Position numbers and translations under genes: made by a program. A stretch of DNA of 63,162 nucleotides, the filler included, from Octopus bimaculoides (taxonomy: Eukaryota): NCBI RefSeq assembly GCF_001194135.2. It is 5 parts of 5 records of this genome, joined end to end, with 100 filler letters (N's around TTAATTAATTAA, not from the genome) between each part and the next. Parts side by side here need not be neighbours in the genome. Positions count along the whole stretch, not along the records: positions 58,449 to 63,162 come from NC_068983.1; 4 more parts are not named here. The stretch is one strand, 5' to 3'. The stretch's first letter is position 1, and each line of letters starts with the position of its first letter. Below the pieces are notes generated by a model. It had not been told where the DNA came from. It ran no database searches and saw only the letters and a program-made list of their open reading frames with translations. Below, piece after piece: positions 62,900-63,162 of the stretch.

Positions 62900-63150
62900 C
62901 TCTCTTTTTACTCTTTACTCTTTTACTTGTTTCAGTCATTTGACTGTGGTCATGCTGGAGCACTGCCTTTAGTCGAGCAAATTGACCCCAGGACTTATTC
63001 TTTGTAAGCCTAGTACTTATTCTATTGGTCTCTTTTGCCAAACCGCTAAGTGATGGGGACATAAGCGCACCAGCATCGGTTGACAAGCAATGCTAGGGTG
63101 ACAAACACAAACACACAAGCATATACACACATACACACACACACATATTC
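62900..63150 (-). mobile_element. SINE family B, 3' half, CpG-decayed
   Basis: ttacttgtttcagtcatttgactgtggtcatgctggagcactgcc..caccagcatcggttgacaagcaatg. Confidence 0.9.
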
Positions 63151-63162
63151 CTATATTTTTGC

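Overview
Eukaryotic, AT-rich, gap-ridden draft sequence. The repeat content (tRNA-derived SINE families with internal microsatellites, mariners, dense 2-4 bp microsatellites) points to an octopus/cephalopod genome; this is an inference. Four artificial N44-TTAATTAATTAA-N44 linkers split the window into five pieces that may not be true neighbours. There is no long intact gene. Two results stand out. (1) A + strand spliced gene missed by the ORF track (exons 7112-7149, 8315-8423, 8753-8872, probably 16721-16750 and 18712-18736) encodes a reprolysin/M12B (ADAM/ADAMTS-like) domain whose HExxHxxGxxH zinc motif reads RLLGHSLSAGY, i.e. an apparently catalytically dead pseudoprotease. (2) A tRNA-headed SINE at 33111-33387 carries a minimal type I hammerhead ribozyme fold with a palindromic stem III, the architecture known from Penelope-like elements. 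The rest is a 6-kb CpG-dense (AACG/TACG) satellite with higher-order structure, five SINE families showing head/tail swapping and nested insertions with TSDs, three mariner lineages (one rearranged into a long-inverted-repeat element), hAT and Tc1-type MITEs, a CxxH/DDE transposase relic, CR1-type and R4/Dong-type LINE relics, a Gypsy LTR-PBS-gag stub, several hairpins, and a CpG-decayed domain at the 3' end. All protein and family assignments are by eye from motifs; no database search was run.
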